Shown one piece after another: positions 30,546 through 39,571 of a stretch of 64,000 bases of DNA (positions are counted from its first letter, which is position 1; each line of letters opens with the position of its first letter). The translations under genes were made by a program, and so were the position numbers. Source of the stretch: Candidatus Pampinifervens sinense (lineage in GTDB: Bacteria; Aquificota; Aquificia; Aquificales; Aquificaceae); contig JAXSPP010000006.1 in the NCBI GenBank assembly GCA_037927135.1, positions 1-64,000 of the forward strand, given 5' to 3'. A model generated the notes under the pieces. The model saw only the letters and a list, made by a program, of their open reading frames with translations, did not search any database and was not told where the DNA came from.

Positions 30546-31445
30546 TCATCTGAGAACCACTTCCAATATATCCTCCCTCTCCTCCTTCCAGCTTAGCCTT
30601 CTTTGAACCTTTACAACTACTTGCCTCACCTCTGTCCATGGAAGGTCTATATAGGTTGGTTCTCTGTAGACCAAGGCGTTCTTTGCCTGGTAGGAGAGAA
30701 CTCTCACTATCCTTGAACTTTCACCCGTGGGTAAAAGGGCATCTATTATGATGTAAAGCTTTGGGTCTCCTTGATCTGCTGTGGGAAGGTTATGAGGAAT
30801 GCCCACATTTACCACCTTTAGCCTCAAGCTAGGACTTTTTTCAAGTTCAATAAGTATGTCTTCTGGCTTTGCCTTTCCTGCGGGAAAGCTATGATCGTGC
30901 CTTGGCTTTTTGGTGTGAAAATATTCAAAGGGAAACTTCTGGACAATCCTTTTTTCTCCCAAAGAAGGCATATGGCAGTCTTGGCAAGACTTTTGAACCT
31001 TTGTAAGATGCCACTCCTTGTAAGTCTCCTGATGACAACCTGCACAAAAAAGGGATTTTGTATAGTTAAGGTCTTGCCTTGAGGGGTGCGGTGGAGACCA
31101 AACCTTATGTGGACCATGCATGGCCTTTGTTTCCTCTTTAAAATGACAGGCAACGCAAGAGATACCATCCTCTTTAAACTCTACCCTTAAGGCTGGTTTT
31201 ATCCCAGGGTCCACCTGATGTGGTGCATGGCAGGAAAGGCACTTATTTTTTGTATAATTTTCACTTTCAAGCCTAAACTTCTCGCTTTTCCAAGCTATGG
31301 CATGCCTGCTTTTCTCCCACTCCTTGAATATATCGCTATGGCAGTCTGCGCAACGCTTTGCCTGAGGCCTCTCAAGCAGGTCCTTTTCTACAAAAATATC
31401 ACCACAGGAGCTTATGAAAAAGAAAAGAAGAAAAAATACTACCAT
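30546..31445 (-). CDS. Pentaheme c-type cytochrome lipoprotein (cytochrome c554-like domain)
   Basis: Lipobox-like ISSC; five CxxCH motifs (CADCH, CLSCH, CVACH, CAGCH, CQDCH); PHNLPT. Confidence 0.85.
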   Translation of the reverse strand: MVVFFLLFFFISSCGDIFVEKDLLERPQAKRCADCHSDIFKEWEKSRHAIAWKSEKFRLESENYTKNKCLSCHAPHQVDPGIKPALRVEFKEDGISCVACHFKEETKAMHGPHKVWSPPHPSRQDLNYTKSLFCAGCHQETYKEWHLTKVQKSCQDCHMPSLGEKRIVQKFPFEYFHTKKPRHDHSFPAGKAKPEDILIELEKSPSLRLKVVNVGIPHNLPTADQGDPKLYIIIDALLPTGESSRIVRVLSYQAKNALVYREPTYIDLPWTEVRQVVVKVQRRLSWKEEREDILEVVLR

Positions 31446-31479
31446 TTCCTCCCTCCAAGTTATATAATATTATTCCACA

Positions 31480-31552
31480 GGCCCGGTAGCTCAGTTGGTA
31501 GAGCACCCGGCTGAAAACCGGGGTGTCGGCGGTTCAAGTCCGCCCTGGGCCA
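31480..31552 (+). tRNA. tRNA-Phe (GAA), CCA not encoded
   Basis: GGCCCGG/CTGGGCC acceptor stem, D arm GCTCAGTTGGTAGAGC, anticodon arm CCCGG-CTGAAAA-CCGGG, T loop GTTCAAGTCC; TATAAT upstream. Confidence 0.97.
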
Positions 31553-32447
31553 TCTTCAAAAGCTCAACCCTTACGCGATAATCTATAAGTATCTCAAGGG
31601 GTTCTCTGTTTAGATTGGGGTCCAAAAAGGGTATGGCGTAAGGTGAAGTAAGTAGCTTTTTTTCTTCTTCATAGGATAGCTCATCCACACCACCAAAGTA
31701 GGCCTTTGTCCCTCCCCTTTTCCTGCCTACGCTTTTTGTGGTGGAGAGACTAAAGCCAAGTTCTTTTAAGGCTTTCCTTATAGGCAAGGAAGAAGTATAA
31801 GAGACCCATACACCATCCTTATGCATAAGCCTTTTTATCTCTTTTAAAAAGTCAAGGCTCCAGAGCTCTGGGTTTCTGTAAGGCGAAAAGCCATCGTGAA
31901 AGACAGCATGGGCTTCAAATTCTTTTATCTTCTTTATACTTTCCCTTGCATCCCCAAGGTAAAGCTTAAAACTTATACCATCTTCCTCAAAGCTGGGAAG
32001 CTTGTCCAAAATCTTTTTGTGTATACTTCTAAACTCTTCGGGCATAGGTGGAATTTGATCGGGCACCTCTTTTTCAAGGGAGATTATTTCAATCTCTATA
32101 AGTGGGTTTATCTCTTTTAACTTCTTGATGGCTACAGCCACATTATAGCCTAGTCCAAAGCCAATATCCAAGATGCTTACCCTTTTGAAGCTTTGTGCCT
32201 TCTCTAAAAGTCCGGAGGGTATCAAAAACTTTTCAAGACACTCCCTTATGGCACCTGCCGAGAGGCTATGGTAGGGCTCTCCATAGTAAGGATGTAAAAG
32301 CGTATAGTCCCCTTCCTGTGTTTTCACAATACCAGACCCCTCAACGGAAGGCTTTAGCCAAGCCCTCAGCTCCAAAAGAATATTCTCTAATGGTAATTCA
32401 ATACCTTGCTTCTTTAAGTAAAGCTTCAAAAGTTTTTCAAGGTCCAT
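31491..32447 (-). CDS. mnmD: tRNA 5-methylaminomethyl-2-thiouridine methyltransferase (stand-alone MnmC2/MnmD)
   Basis: TQEGDYTL, EPYHS..GA, ILDIGFGLGYN, FHDGFSPYRNPELWS; ATG 32447 preferred. Confidence 0.88.
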   Translation of the reverse strand: MDLEKLLKLYLKKQGIELPLENILLELRAWLKPSVEGSGIVKTQEGDYTLLHPYYGEPYHSLSAGAIRECLEKFLIPSGLLEKAQSFKRVSILDIGFGLGYNVAVAIKKLKEINPLIEIEIISLEKEVPDQIPPMPEEFRSIHKKILDKLPSFEEDGISFKLYLGDARESIKKIKEFEAHAVFHDGFSPYRNPELWSLDFLKEIKRLMHKDGVWVSYTSSLPIRKALKELGFSLSTTKSVGRKRGGTKAYFGGVDELSYEEEKKLLTSPYAIPFLDPNLNREPLEILIDYRVRVELLKMAQGGLEPPTPRFSAGCSTN

Positions 32448-32468
32448 AAGGTAAAATTTAACTATGGC

Positions 32469-33791
32469 ATGAGAGGTTTTGAATGGACACCGCATAGAAT
32501 ACTGCTAACTTCCTACTTAGTGGTAATACTCATAGGCTCCGTTCTTATATATTTTTCTACCATAAGGCCCATAAGCTACTTGGATGCCCTCTTTACCGCC
32601 ACTTCCGCCACCACGGTAACAGGCCTTGTGGTTCTTGACACTGAAAAGGACCTAAACTTCTTTGGAAAGTTTGTGTTGTTGGCCCTCATTCAAATAGGTG
32701 GTCTTGGATATATGACCCTTACCACTTACTTCTTTATAGCCCTTAGAAAAAAGCTTGGTCTTAGAGAAAGGCTCATGCTGGCAGAGTCTTTTAACTACCC
32801 TGGTATGCACGGGCTTGTAAGGTTCACAAAAAGGATTATACCCCTTGTTTTCTTCATTGAGTTTCTTGGCATGCTTGCCCTTTTCCCACCCTTTCTGTTT
32901 GAATTGAAAGATCCAGCAAAAGCTCTTTTTGCAAGCCTCTTTCACTCTGTTTCTGCCTTCAACAACGCCGGCTTTTCCACCTTTTCCAATAACCTTATGG
33001 CTTTTAAGGGAAATGTATGGGTAAACCTGGTCATAAGCCTTTTGATAATCCTTGGTGGCTTGGGCTTTTATGTAATATATGAGCTGATCCTCTACAAAAG
33101 GGGCGAGATAAGAAGAATTTCCACACATACAAAGCTTGTCCTCCTGTCTTCTTTCTTCCTTATACTTGTGGGCTTTCTTTTCCTACTTTTTGACCTGTGG
33201 CGGTTCAAAGATATGTCATTGAAGGAAAAGATACTTGCAAGCTTCTTTCATAGCGTTTCTGCCAGAACGGCCGGCTTTAACACCATAGATATTGCAAAGC
33301 TTTCTGAGGCATCACAGTTTTTGATAATAAACCTTATGTTTGTGGGAGCTTCTCCCGGGGGTACCGGTGGTGGCATAAAGACCATAACGGCCGTTGTGGT
33401 CTTTTTGGCTGTAATCTCTTATATAAAGGGTAGGCAGGATGTGGTAGTCTTTGGAAGGAGGCTTATAGAAGCCCAAGTGCACAGGGCCATGGTTATACTT
33501 AGCTTGGCCTTTGCCTACAACACTATTGTGGCCATGCTTGTGGCCGAGATTGAAAATATAAGGCTATTGCCCGCTCTCTTTGAGACGGTCTCGGCCTTTG
33601 CTACGGTGGGGCTTTCTCTGGGCAATCCTCAGGGTCTTAGCCTCTCCGCAGACTTTTCTCCTTTGGGTAAAGGCCTTATAATTCTAAGCATGCTCATAGG
33701 AAGGATTGGCCTGCTTGGCTTTATGCTTGCCCTTGTAGGCAGGGAAAGGCCAAGCCATGTAAAACTCCCTGAGGCGAGGCTTTTGATATGA
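32469..33791 (+). CDS. Trk/Ktr potassium uptake membrane subunit (KtrB/TrkH)
   Basis: Four pore loops: SATTVTGL, SAFNNAGF, SARTAGF, SAFATVGLS; GASPGGTGGGIK. Confidence 0.94.
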   Translation: MRGFEWTPHRILLTSYLVVILIGSVLIYFSTIRPISYLDALFTATSATTVTGLVVLDTEKDLNFFGKFVLLALIQIGGLGYMTLTTYFFIALRKKLGLRERLMLAESFNYPGMHGLVRFTKRIIPLVFFIEFLGMLALFPPFLFELKDPAKALFASLFHSVSAFNNAGFSTFSNNLMAFKGNVWVNLVISLLIILGGLGFYVIYELILYKRGEIRRISTHTKLVLLSSFFLILVGFLFLLFDLWRFKDMSLKEKILASFFHSVSARTAGFNTIDIAKLSEASQFLIINLMFVGASPGGTGGGIKTITAVVVFLAVISYIKGRQDVVVFGRRLIEAQVHRAMVILSLAFAYNTIVAMLVAEIENIRLLPALFETVSAFATVGLSLGNPQGLSLSADFSPLGKGLIILSMLIGRIGLLGFMLALVGRERPSHVKLPEARLLI

Positions 33792-34429
33792 AGAAGGTTT
33801 TCGGAGTCATTGGACTTGGAAGGTTCGGTTTTAATGTGGCAAAGACCTTGGCAGAAGGTGGTGCGGAAGTCATAGCATGCGATAAAGATGAGGAGAAGGT
33901 AAAGGCAATAGCGGAGCTTGTATCTCAAGCCTTCATACTTGATGCCACCGACGAGAAGGCTCTAAAGGAGTCTGGTATAGCCAATGCGGACGTGGTGATA
34001 GTTAGCATAGGAGAAAACATAGAGGCAAGTATACTGGTGGTTGTCCAGCTTATGGAGCTTGGAGTAAAGGAGATTATCGCAAAGGCGGTCAATCCTCTTC
34101 ATGGGAGGATATTAGAAAGACTTGGTGTGAGCAGGGTAATACATCCAGAGAGGGATATGGCCATAAGGCTTGCCCACTCTTTGCTTGTAGGTGGCTTTAT
34201 AGAGGAGATACCCATAGCAGAAAACTACAGCATCTTTGAGATGCTACCACCACAAAGGCTTCATAACAAGACTTTGAAGGACCTTGACCTAAGGAAGAAA
34301 TATGATATCACCGTTTTGGCCATAAAGAGGGGTGAGAGGTTTATAGTAAACCCATCGGGCGATGAAGTAGTGCTTCCAAACGATATACTTGTAGTGTTGG
34401 GCAACAGGGAGAGGATAGTATCCTTGTGA
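33788..34429 (+). CDS. Trk/Ktr regulatory RCK subunit (KtrA/TrkA)
   Basis: VIGLGRFG, DATD, IHPERDMA, TrkA-C domain. Confidence 0.94.
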   Translation: MKKVFGVIGLGRFGFNVAKTLAEGGAEVIACDKDEEKVKAIAELVSQAFILDATDEKALKESGIANADVVIVSIGENIEASILVVVQLMELGVKEIIAKAVNPLHGRILERLGVSRVIHPERDMAIRLAHSLLVGGFIEEIPIAENYSIFEMLPPQRLHNKTLKDLDLRKKYDITVLAIKRGERFIVNPSGDEVVLPNDILVVLGNRERIVSL

Positions 34430-34438
34430 TAATATTCT

Positions 34439-35551
34439 ATGCTAATGCGTAAGCTTTTGCTTCTTCTTCTCTTTGTTCTTCTTGGTGCCTTTGTGCTTAT
34501 CTTTGCCATAAACAAGGAGGGGGAAAAGTATGCGGTGGTGGAAGAGAAAGAGATAAAGAGAATGGTCTATGGCTCTGGCTATGCCAGAAGCAAGGACTAT
34601 GTGCTTTTGAGGGCTGAGGTCTCTGGCTATATAAAAGAGGTCCTTGTAGGGGAGGGGGATTATGTAAAGAGGGGGCAGGTGCTTGCCATCATAGAAAGCG
34701 GTCCATTAGAAGAGAGTATAAAAGAGGCCTCTGAGAGGCTAAGACTTGCAAGAGAGAGGTCAAGGGAGGACTCTCCTTACATTAAAAGCTTGGAAAGTGC
34801 TTTAGAGTCTGCTAGAATAAACATGGAAAATGCCAAGAGGCTCTTTGAAAGAAGGGAGAGGCTCTTTTCACAGAGGCTAATACCAAGGGAGGCCTACGAA
34901 CAGAGTAAAACCCAGTATGAGATGGCAAAAAGGGAGTATGAGAGGGCAAAAAGTGCTTATGAAGATGCTTTAAAATCTCTAAGGGCTGAAGAGAGGATTC
35001 TTGAGGCCGAGCTAAGAAGGCTTTTGAAAGAGAAGGAAAAGTATATCATAAAAAGTCCTATAGATGGCTATGTCCTCAAAAGGTATGTAAGCAGGGGTGA
35101 TTATATAAACCATATGAGCCAAGACAATAAGCTTTTCTCCATAGGCTCAAGAGATTGGGAGGTTTGGCTGGAGGTGGATGAAGAGTATGCGGGGCTTGTA
35201 AAGGAGGGGCAAAGGGTGGTCCTTAAGCTGGATGCTTACCCAGATAGGACCTTTGAGGGGAAGGTAGCAAAGATAATAAGGGAGGTAGACAGAAGCAGAA
35301 AGCTTATCACTGTAAAGGTCTTTGCAGACCTTCCAAAGGAAACACCCTTTGGTGCCACAGTGGACGGCCAGATAGAGGTGGAAAACAAAAAGGTGCTTCT
35401 AATTCCTGTAAGTGCCTACAGAGATGGCTATGTGCTTGTATATGATGGTATAAGGAAGATAAAGGTGCCGGTAGAAGTTGGAGAGAGGTTTGGTGAGTAT
35501 ATTGAGGTAAAAAGTGGCCTACGGCCCGGTCAAAGGCTTGTCTTGCCATGA
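34439..35551 (+). CDS. Efflux membrane fusion protein (MacA/HlyD family)
   Basis: N-terminal TM, lipoyl halves AEVSGYI..EGDYVKRGQVL and IKSPIDGYV, alpha hairpin. Confidence 0.9.
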   Translation: MLMRKLLLLLLFVLLGAFVLIFAINKEGEKYAVVEEKEIKRMVYGSGYARSKDYVLLRAEVSGYIKEVLVGEGDYVKRGQVLAIIESGPLEESIKEASERLRLARERSREDSPYIKSLESALESARINMENAKRLFERRERLFSQRLIPREAYEQSKTQYEMAKREYERAKSAYEDALKSLRAEERILEAELRRLLKEKEKYIIKSPIDGYVLKRYVSRGDYINHMSQDNKLFSIGSRDWEVWLEVDEEYAGLVKEGQRVVLKLDAYPDRTFEGKVAKIIREVDRSRKLITVKVFADLPKETPFGATVDGQIEVENKKVLLIPVSAYRDGYVLVYDGIRKIKVPVEVGERFGEYIEVKSGLRPGQRLVLP

Positions 35552-36768
35552 ACTATATCCTCTTTGTGGCCTTTAAGATGCTTTTTGAGAGAAAAAGGCA
35601 GACCTTGGTCTCCATCTTGGGCGTTTCTGTGGGTGTTTGTGCCTTTATAGTGATGAGCTCCCTCATGCTTGGCTTTCAAAACTACTTTATACAGCAGGTC
35701 ATAGACTTGGAGCCTCACATAAAGATAAAGCCAAGAGAAGAAGAGCAAGAGGTGGAAAAATACACCATCCTTCTTGGTGCAAAGCCAAAGGAAAAGGACA
35801 GGATACTTGGCTGGCAGAAGATCATAAAGGAGCTGGAAGGAAACCCACAGGTGGTAGGCAGTGCGGAAAGGCTCATAAGCAGGGGGATTTTAAAGTATGG
35901 TATAAAGGACAAGCCTATAACGCTCATTGGCATAAACCCGCAGAGGGAACCAAGGGCTTCTGTGATAGAGAGGTTCCTTGTCTATAAAAGGCTTGATAAG
36001 CTTGGGACAAACAGGACTGGTGTGATAATTGGCAGTCTTGTGGCAAGAAGCCTTGGAATAAAAGAGCTTGGCAAAAAGCTGGTGCTTGTGGCACCAAACG
36101 GGAAAAGCCTTTTGGTGAGCGTGGAGGACTTTTTTGACTCTGGCATAACCAACATAGATGATACAAGGGTCTATATAAACATAAAAACCCTTCAAAGCCT
36201 TTTGGAAAGGCAAGGAGAAGTAAACGAGATAGTGCTTAAGATAAGGGATGTGGACAGTGCGGAAAGGCTTGCAAGAGAGCTAAAAGAAAAAATACCCTAC
36301 GAGGTGGAAAGCTGGCAGAGGGCCTACAGGAACTTTTTAAGCATCTTCAAAATCCAAAACATCATAACCTACATGATAGTCTTTGCCATCTTGACCGTTT
36401 CGGCCTTTGGCATCTTTAACATAATCATGATGACCGTCCTTGAGAAGAAGAAGGATATTGCCATACTTATGGCCATGGGCTTTACAAGAAGGGACATACT
36501 TTTTATCTTTGTGGTGCAGGGCCTCATAATAGGATTGCTTGGTGCCATAATAGGCTCTTTCCTTGGCTTTGGATTGCAAGAATACCTTGAGTCTGTAAGG
36601 CTTGATGTGGAGGGCCTAATAAGAGCCAAGGGCTTTGTGCTGGACAGAAGCCCAATCCTTTACCTATATGCCTTTGTATTTGCCCTTTTCTTCTCCCTCT
36701 TGGCAAGCCTATATCCTTCCTACAGGGCAAGCAGGCTAAACCCTGTGGATATCTTCAGAAGCCAATGA
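35548..36768 (+). CDS. ABC transporter permease (LolC/E-MacB/FtsX family)
   Basis: QTLVSILGVSVGV, EKKKDIAILMAMG, YPSYRASRLNPVD. Confidence 0.92.
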   Translation: MNYILFVAFKMLFERKRQTLVSILGVSVGVCAFIVMSSLMLGFQNYFIQQVIDLEPHIKIKPREEEQEVEKYTILLGAKPKEKDRILGWQKIIKELEGNPQVVGSAERLISRGILKYGIKDKPITLIGINPQREPRASVIERFLVYKRLDKLGTNRTGVIIGSLVARSLGIKELGKKLVLVAPNGKSLLVSVEDFFDSGITNIDDTRVYINIKTLQSLLERQGEVNEIVLKIRDVDSAERLARELKEKIPYEVESWQRAYRNFLSIFKIQNIITYMIVFAILTVSAFGIFNIIMMTVLEKKKDIAILMAMGFTRRDILFIFVVQGLIIGLLGAIIGSFLGFGLQEYLESVRLDVEGLIRAKGFVLDRSPILYLYAFVFALFFSLLASLYPSYRASRLNPVDIFRSQ

Positions 36769-37418
36769 ATATAATAGAGCTAAGAGGAGTAAAAAAAGTC
36801 ATAGGCCAAGAGGAGATACTAAAAGGCATTGACCTTGAGATAAAAAAAGGTGAGTTTGTGGCCATCATAGGTGCGAGCGGTTCTGGAAAAAGCTCCATGC
36901 TATACATTATGGGACTTTTAGATAGGCCCACAGAGGGAGAGGTTTTCTTTGAGGGAGAAAGGATAGACTTTTCCAAGGAAGAAAAGATATCCAAGATAAG
37001 AAATCAAAAGCTGGGCTTTGTCTTTCAATTTCATTATCTTTTGCCAGAGTTTAGCCTTTTGGAGAATGTGATGATACCAGCCATAAGGCTTGGAATGAAA
37101 AAGGAAGAGGCAAGGGATAGGGCTTATGAGCTTTTGAGGAGGCTTGGCCTTGGTGGAAAGGAAAATAGGAAGATATACCAAATATCGGGCGGTGAGATGC
37201 AAAGGGTTGCCATAGCAAGGGCACTTATAAACAAGCCCTTGGTTATCCTTGCAGACGAGCCTACAGGAAACTTAGACAGCAAAAACACCCAAGCGGTCAT
37301 GGACATATTCAAAGACATAAACTCTGAAGGCACCACCATAGTGATGGTGACCCATGAACTGGAACTTGCAAGGCAGGCGCACAGGATTGTGGAGATGAAG
37401 GACGGAAGAATACTATAA
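36765..37418 (+). CDS. ABC transporter ATP-binding protein (LolD/MacB-like)
   Basis: GASGSGKS, GFVFQFHYLL, ISGGEMQRVAIARAL, LADEPTGNLD, VTHE. Confidence 0.95.
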   Translation: MNIIELRGVKKVIGQEEILKGIDLEIKKGEFVAIIGASGSGKSSMLYIMGLLDRPTEGEVFFEGERIDFSKEEKISKIRNQKLGFVFQFHYLLPEFSLLENVMIPAIRLGMKKEEARDRAYELLRRLGLGGKENRKIYQISGGEMQRVAIARALINKPLVILADEPTGNLDSKNTQAVMDIFKDINSEGTTIVMVTHELELARQAHRIVEMKDGRIL

Positions 37419-37503
37419 GTATCCTTTTTAAAATTATTTGAAGCATATGCCTGTTAGGAGCTTAGGCCTCAAGTTTACCTCTAGCATAAATATACATTAA
37501 ACA

Positions 37504-37986
37504 TTAAGTGATAAATTGCTCAATTATTCTAGAAATTTTATCTCTGTTAGTCTGCAGTACAATACATTTATCCACAGGTACAATGCGAAATTCCTTACCT
37601 TCTTTATTTACTTCTTTTTCACACTCAAGCACTTTTAAAAAGGGTATCCAGTACTGTAAGCTAGGTTGTTGTGGAGGAATAAATACAAACCAGACTGGAA
37701 TTCTTGTTAATTGCTCAAATGAGAAATATCTCCGAACCTCTAACTCTTCATCCAATGTGAAACACTTCTTACCATATCTCTCAAAATTTGCGTCTTTCCC
37801 TTTAACATCAATTGCAATTATACCAATTCCTTTTAAAATAACAAAAAAATCTGGCCGCTTTGTGATTTCTTTTTTAAAGAACTGTGAGAAGGTTTCTGGT
37901 GATTGTTCAATGTAGAAATAGCCATAATCTTGATTATCAAGCCATTCCTTAAATTGAAGTTCTGCCCAGTTCTCTTCTACTGACAT
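37504..37986 (-). CDS. Putative PD-(D/E)XK superfamily nuclease, orphan
   Basis: N-terminal helix with conserved-type Glu (WAELQF), KRPDFF and AIDVKGK catalytic pattern; GGAGGTGA RBS; AT-rich relative to flanks. Confidence 0.65.
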   Translation of the reverse strand: MSVEENWAELQFKEWLDNQDYGYFYIEQSPETFSQFFKKEITKRPDFFVILKGIGIIAIDVKGKDANFERYGKKCFTLDEELEVRRYFSFEQLTRIPVWFVFIPPQQPSLQYWIPFLKVLECEKEVNKEGKEFRIVPVDKCIVLQTNRDKISRIIEQFIT

Positions 37987-38015
37987 ATTTCACCTCCTAC
38001 CTAATTGTGAGTAAT

Positions 38016-38045
38016 ATTATAATAAACCCATTATACTTGTGTCAA
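38016..38045 (-). promoter_or_regulatory. Consensus sigma70 promoter of the nuclease gene
   Basis: TTGACA-N18-TATAAT on the minus strand, 29 nt upstream of ATG. Confidence 0.75.
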
Positions 38046-38163
38046 TTGGTTTGAACGTGCTTTAAAAAAATTATGCTTTAACTTTCTCACGAAGAAAATT
38101 CTAGTATAAGCTTCTATAGTTTAAGATTTGTTTTATCTGAACTGCGTGGGGTGTAAAGTAAGC

Positions 38164-39534
38164 CTATTCAAAAAGCCTAATGGCTTCCCTTAAAACCATA
38201 TTCACTTTCTCTTGGCTTGGCATCTCCACATATATCCTTATGAGAGGCTCTGTGCCGGAGGCTCTAAAAAGTAGCCAGCCATCATCCTCAAAGATGAGCT
38301 TTAGGCCATCAAGGGTATTTACCTTAAAAACCTTAAAGTCTCCAAGCCTTTCTGGTGGGTTCTTTATAAGTTCTTTTAGCTTTTCCTTTTTGTCCTCCTC
38401 CGCATGGAGGTCCACTCTCTTATAGTAGGCCTCTCCAAACTCTTTAAAGATCTCTTCTATTATCCCAGAGAGGGGCTTGTCCTTTAACATAATAAGCTCC
38501 AGAAGGTTCAAACCAGTAAAGAGTCCATCCCTCTCTGGAAGAAAATCCACAATGCCATATCCACCACTCTCCTCGCCACCAAAGAGGACCTTTTCCTTTA
38601 GTATGACCTCGTTTATGTTCTTAAAGCCCACTGCCACCTCTTTTAGCTCCACGCCGAAGGCCTTGCATATCCTGTCCGCAAGGTAGGTGGTGGAGACTGT
38701 CTTTACCACCAGACCATCCCTTAGCCCTTTGTTTTTCAAGAGATGATAAAGCAAAAGCACATAGATGAGCTGTGAGTTTACAAAGTTCCCTTTTTCATCC
38801 ACAAGGGCTATCCTGTCTCCATCTCCGTCGTTGGCTATGCCAAGGTCTGCACCGAGGGACCTAACTTTAAGGATCAGTGGTTGAAGGTGCTTTTCTACAG
38901 GTTCTGGCGCATGGCCTCCAAAGAGGGGATCCCTGTAGCTCCTTATATTTATGACAGATATCTTTGTGCCGGCAAGTATGTGGGAGTAGGTGCCAAGGGC
39001 AGAGCCATACATGGCATCATGGACCAAAAGCATATCCCTTTGTGATAATAGCTCCATATTTATCCTATTTTTTACCTCCCTCATATACTCTCCCCAGATG
39101 TTTATATACTCTGGCTTAAAGTTCTCCGGTTTTATGTCTTCTGAAATCTCTTTTTCTACCTCCGATATAAACTCCGGCGTGGCAGAGCCACCAAAATAGT
39201 CCTTTATCTTGTAGCCGTTATACTCCGGCGGATTGTGAGATGCGGTCATCATAACGCCGTTGTCAAAACCCATATACTTGACGGCAAAGGAGACCATGGG
39301 AGTGGTGCAAGCCTTGTTGGCAAGATAACACTCAAAGCCAAGTGTTCTAAAGACCTTATAGACCTCAAGGGCAAAATGCTCTGACATAAATCGGTTATCA
39401 TAGCCCACTATAACCTTCTTTTTCCCTTTCCTTTGGAGCACCTTGGCATGGGCATAGGCTACCCTTCTTACGTTTTCAAAGGTAAAGCTTTCGCCTATTA
39501 TGGCCCTCCATCCGTCGGTGCCAAACTTTATCAT
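38164..39534 (-). CDS. Phosphoglucomutase/phosphomannomutase
   Basis: KFGTDGWR, TASHNP, DGDGDR, GGEESGG, RASGTEP; ATG 39534 follows GGAGGAGG. Confidence 0.94.
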   Translation of the reverse strand: MIKFGTDGWRAIIGESFTFENVRRVAYAHAKVLQRKGKKKVIVGYDNRFMSEHFALEVYKVFRTLGFECYLANKACTTPMVSFAVKYMGFDNGVMMTASHNPPEYNGYKIKDYFGGSATPEFISEVEKEISEDIKPENFKPEYINIWGEYMREVKNRINMELLSQRDMLLVHDAMYGSALGTYSHILAGTKISVINIRSYRDPLFGGHAPEPVEKHLQPLILKVRSLGADLGIANDGDGDRIALVDEKGNFVNSQLIYVLLLYHLLKNKGLRDGLVVKTVSTTYLADRICKAFGVELKEVAVGFKNINEVILKEKVLFGGEESGGYGIVDFLPERDGLFTGLNLLELIMLKDKPLSGIIEEIFKEFGEAYYKRVDLHAEEDKKEKLKELIKNPPERLGDFKVFKVNTLDGLKLIFEDDGWLLFRASGTEPLIRIYVEMPSQEKVNMVLREAIRLFE

Positions 39535-39571
39535 ATACCTCCTCCGCACTGTTCTATTATAATCTCTTTAA

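Noticed and set aside
37508-37915. 135-aa plus-strand ORF opposite the nuclease
   Set aside because: The minus-strand ORF has the RBS, promoter and catalytic motif; no independent signals support this as an antitoxin
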